A DNA stretch of 64,000 nt, taken from positions 15,272 through 79,271 of the forward strand of contig MERQ01000080.1 of assembly GCA_001770655.1 (NCBI GenBank). The letters run 5' to 3'. Under the pieces are notes generated by a model that worked only from the letters and a program-made list of their open reading frames with translations, did no database searches and was not told the DNA's origin. How positions within the stretch are numbered: position 1 is the stretch's first letter; each line of letters begins with the position of its first letter. A program made the translations under genes and the position numbers. Shown here in pieces: positions 63,229 through 64,000 of the stretch. The stretch is from Betaproteobacteria bacterium RIFCSPLOWO2_12_FULL_68_20 (lineage in GTDB: Bacteria > Pseudomonadota > Gammaproteobacteria > Burkholderiales > SG8-39).

Positions 63229-64000
<772 letters not shown>

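Overview
High-GC proteobacterial chromosome segment. Hand counts of single 60-nt lines give about 46/60 G+C in core regions. Gene order looks betaproteobacterial, which is an inference from synteny only. Nearly all of the window is housekeeping. In order: the end of the dcw cluster (murC-murB-ddl-ftsQ-ftsA-ftsZ-lpxC); a DUF721/DciA-like gene divergent from M23 peptidase-secA-argJ-DUF815 ATPase-Nudix/ThiE fusion; pilC-pilD-coaE-zapD-yacG; corC-like, ypjD-like and ffh; rpsP-rimM-trmD-rplS; ribBX-ribH-nusB-thiL-pgpA-pncC; recA-recX; alaS; aroG; tctBA; xseA; and exbB-exbD-lpxK-ycaR-kdsB-adk-hppA, with hppA running off the window end. Many true starts are GTG/TTG codons overlapping the upstream stop, so about 15 longest-ORF starts in the track are too long. 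No rRNA, tRNA or CRISPR array was found. Non-core content: (1) a six-gene stop/start-coupled operon (47.4-53.5 kb) built around a radical SAM/Cys-rich ArsS ('selenodomain')-type enzyme, with a phosphoesterase-like protein, a DedA::FAD-disulfide-reductase fusion, two transferase-like proteins and a Tat-signal DUF3047 protein. This is my best candidate for an uncharacterised system. (2) An AmmeMemoRadiSam system with a Memo-AMMECR1 fusion, coupled to an MFS transporter (33.2-36.9 kb). (3) A Phe/Tyr-rich leader peptide with terminator and antiterminator upstream of the DAHP synthase gene. (4) Three perfect or near-perfect DnaA boxes within 36 bp in the xseA/exbB intergenic region. (5) A low-GC two-gene island (GT-A-like plus SAM methyltransferase). 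(6) A RAYT/IS200-like tyrosine transposase flanked by perfect 15-bp inverted repeats. (7) A stand-alone Lon-type AAA+ module. (8) Several genes with leaderless-like promoter geometry.
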